From Alphaproteobacteria bacterium (GTDB lineage: Bacteria > Pseudomonadota > Alphaproteobacteria > JAAXGF01): a stretch of DNA of 64,000 bases. Of this stretch, positions 63,764 to 64,000 are shown in pieces (the stretch's first letter is position 1; every line of letters begins with the position of its first letter). A program made the translations under genes and the position numbers. Location of the stretch: the NCBI GenBank assembly GCA_963555825.3, contig CAUVXB020000001.1:1504001-1568000 (forward strand), written 5' to 3'. The notes below the pieces were generated by a model. It saw only the letters and a program-made list of their open reading frames with translations, did no database searches and was not told the origin of the DNA.

Positions 63764-64000
63764 GTGAAATTCGAAAACAAAGCGACGTTTCGGAGATCGC
63801 GGCGATCGTATCGGCGGCTCTCGAGAAAGCTGGCATCACCGCGGTGCTGTCGGGCGGCGCCGCGGTTTCCATCTATACGAAGAACGCGTATGTGTCCCTG
63901 GACTTGGATTTCGTCTCGAGCGAGTCGCTCGATCGCATTGAGCCCGTTCTCGCCGAGCTTGGATTCAAACGCGGCCAGGACCGCTTCTTCACCCATGAGG
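63760..64000 (+). CDS. Nucleotidyltransferase-fold protein, runs off the window
   Basis: GTGA overlap; VLSGGAAVSIY...SLDLDFV (GG..DxD motif); not in the supplied ORF track. Confidence 0.72.
   Translation, partial: MSEIRKQSDVSEIAAIVSAALEKAGITAVLSGGAAVSIYTKNAYVSLDLDFVSSESLDRIEPVLAELGFKRGQDRFFTHE

Overview
GC-rich alphaproteobacterial chromosome segment (inferred from the zeta/DUF1476 gene, dgcN-dgcA, the alpha-type hnr and the gene order). It carries housekeeping genes (purS-purC, purB, guaA, guaB, rlmE, ppx, tRNA-Gln) plus accessory metabolism (nicotinate-type molybdenum hydroxylase operon, dgcN-dgcA, PhyH, ureohydrolase, NylB-like hydrolase). Insertion sequences are dense: 11 IS copies or remnants from 8 families (IS1182-like, IS21 x3, ISKra4, IS1595 x2, IS110, IS630, IS3, IS1380), several nested, and there are many pseudogenes. 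Three observations stand out. (1) An IS110/IS1111-type element sits inside an IS21 istA gene. Its downstream non-coding end holds a readable two-loop bridge/seek-type RNA whose guides match the istA target and its own circle junction, and an empty copy of the target lies 8 kb away. (2) A ~535-bp non-coding element with terminal inverted repeats folds into a large branched structure; it occurs as two full copies plus a remnant. (3) A second, ~110-170-bp structured repeat occurs three times, each time next to a stop codon. All calls come from reading the sequence by eye; no searches or folding programs were run.
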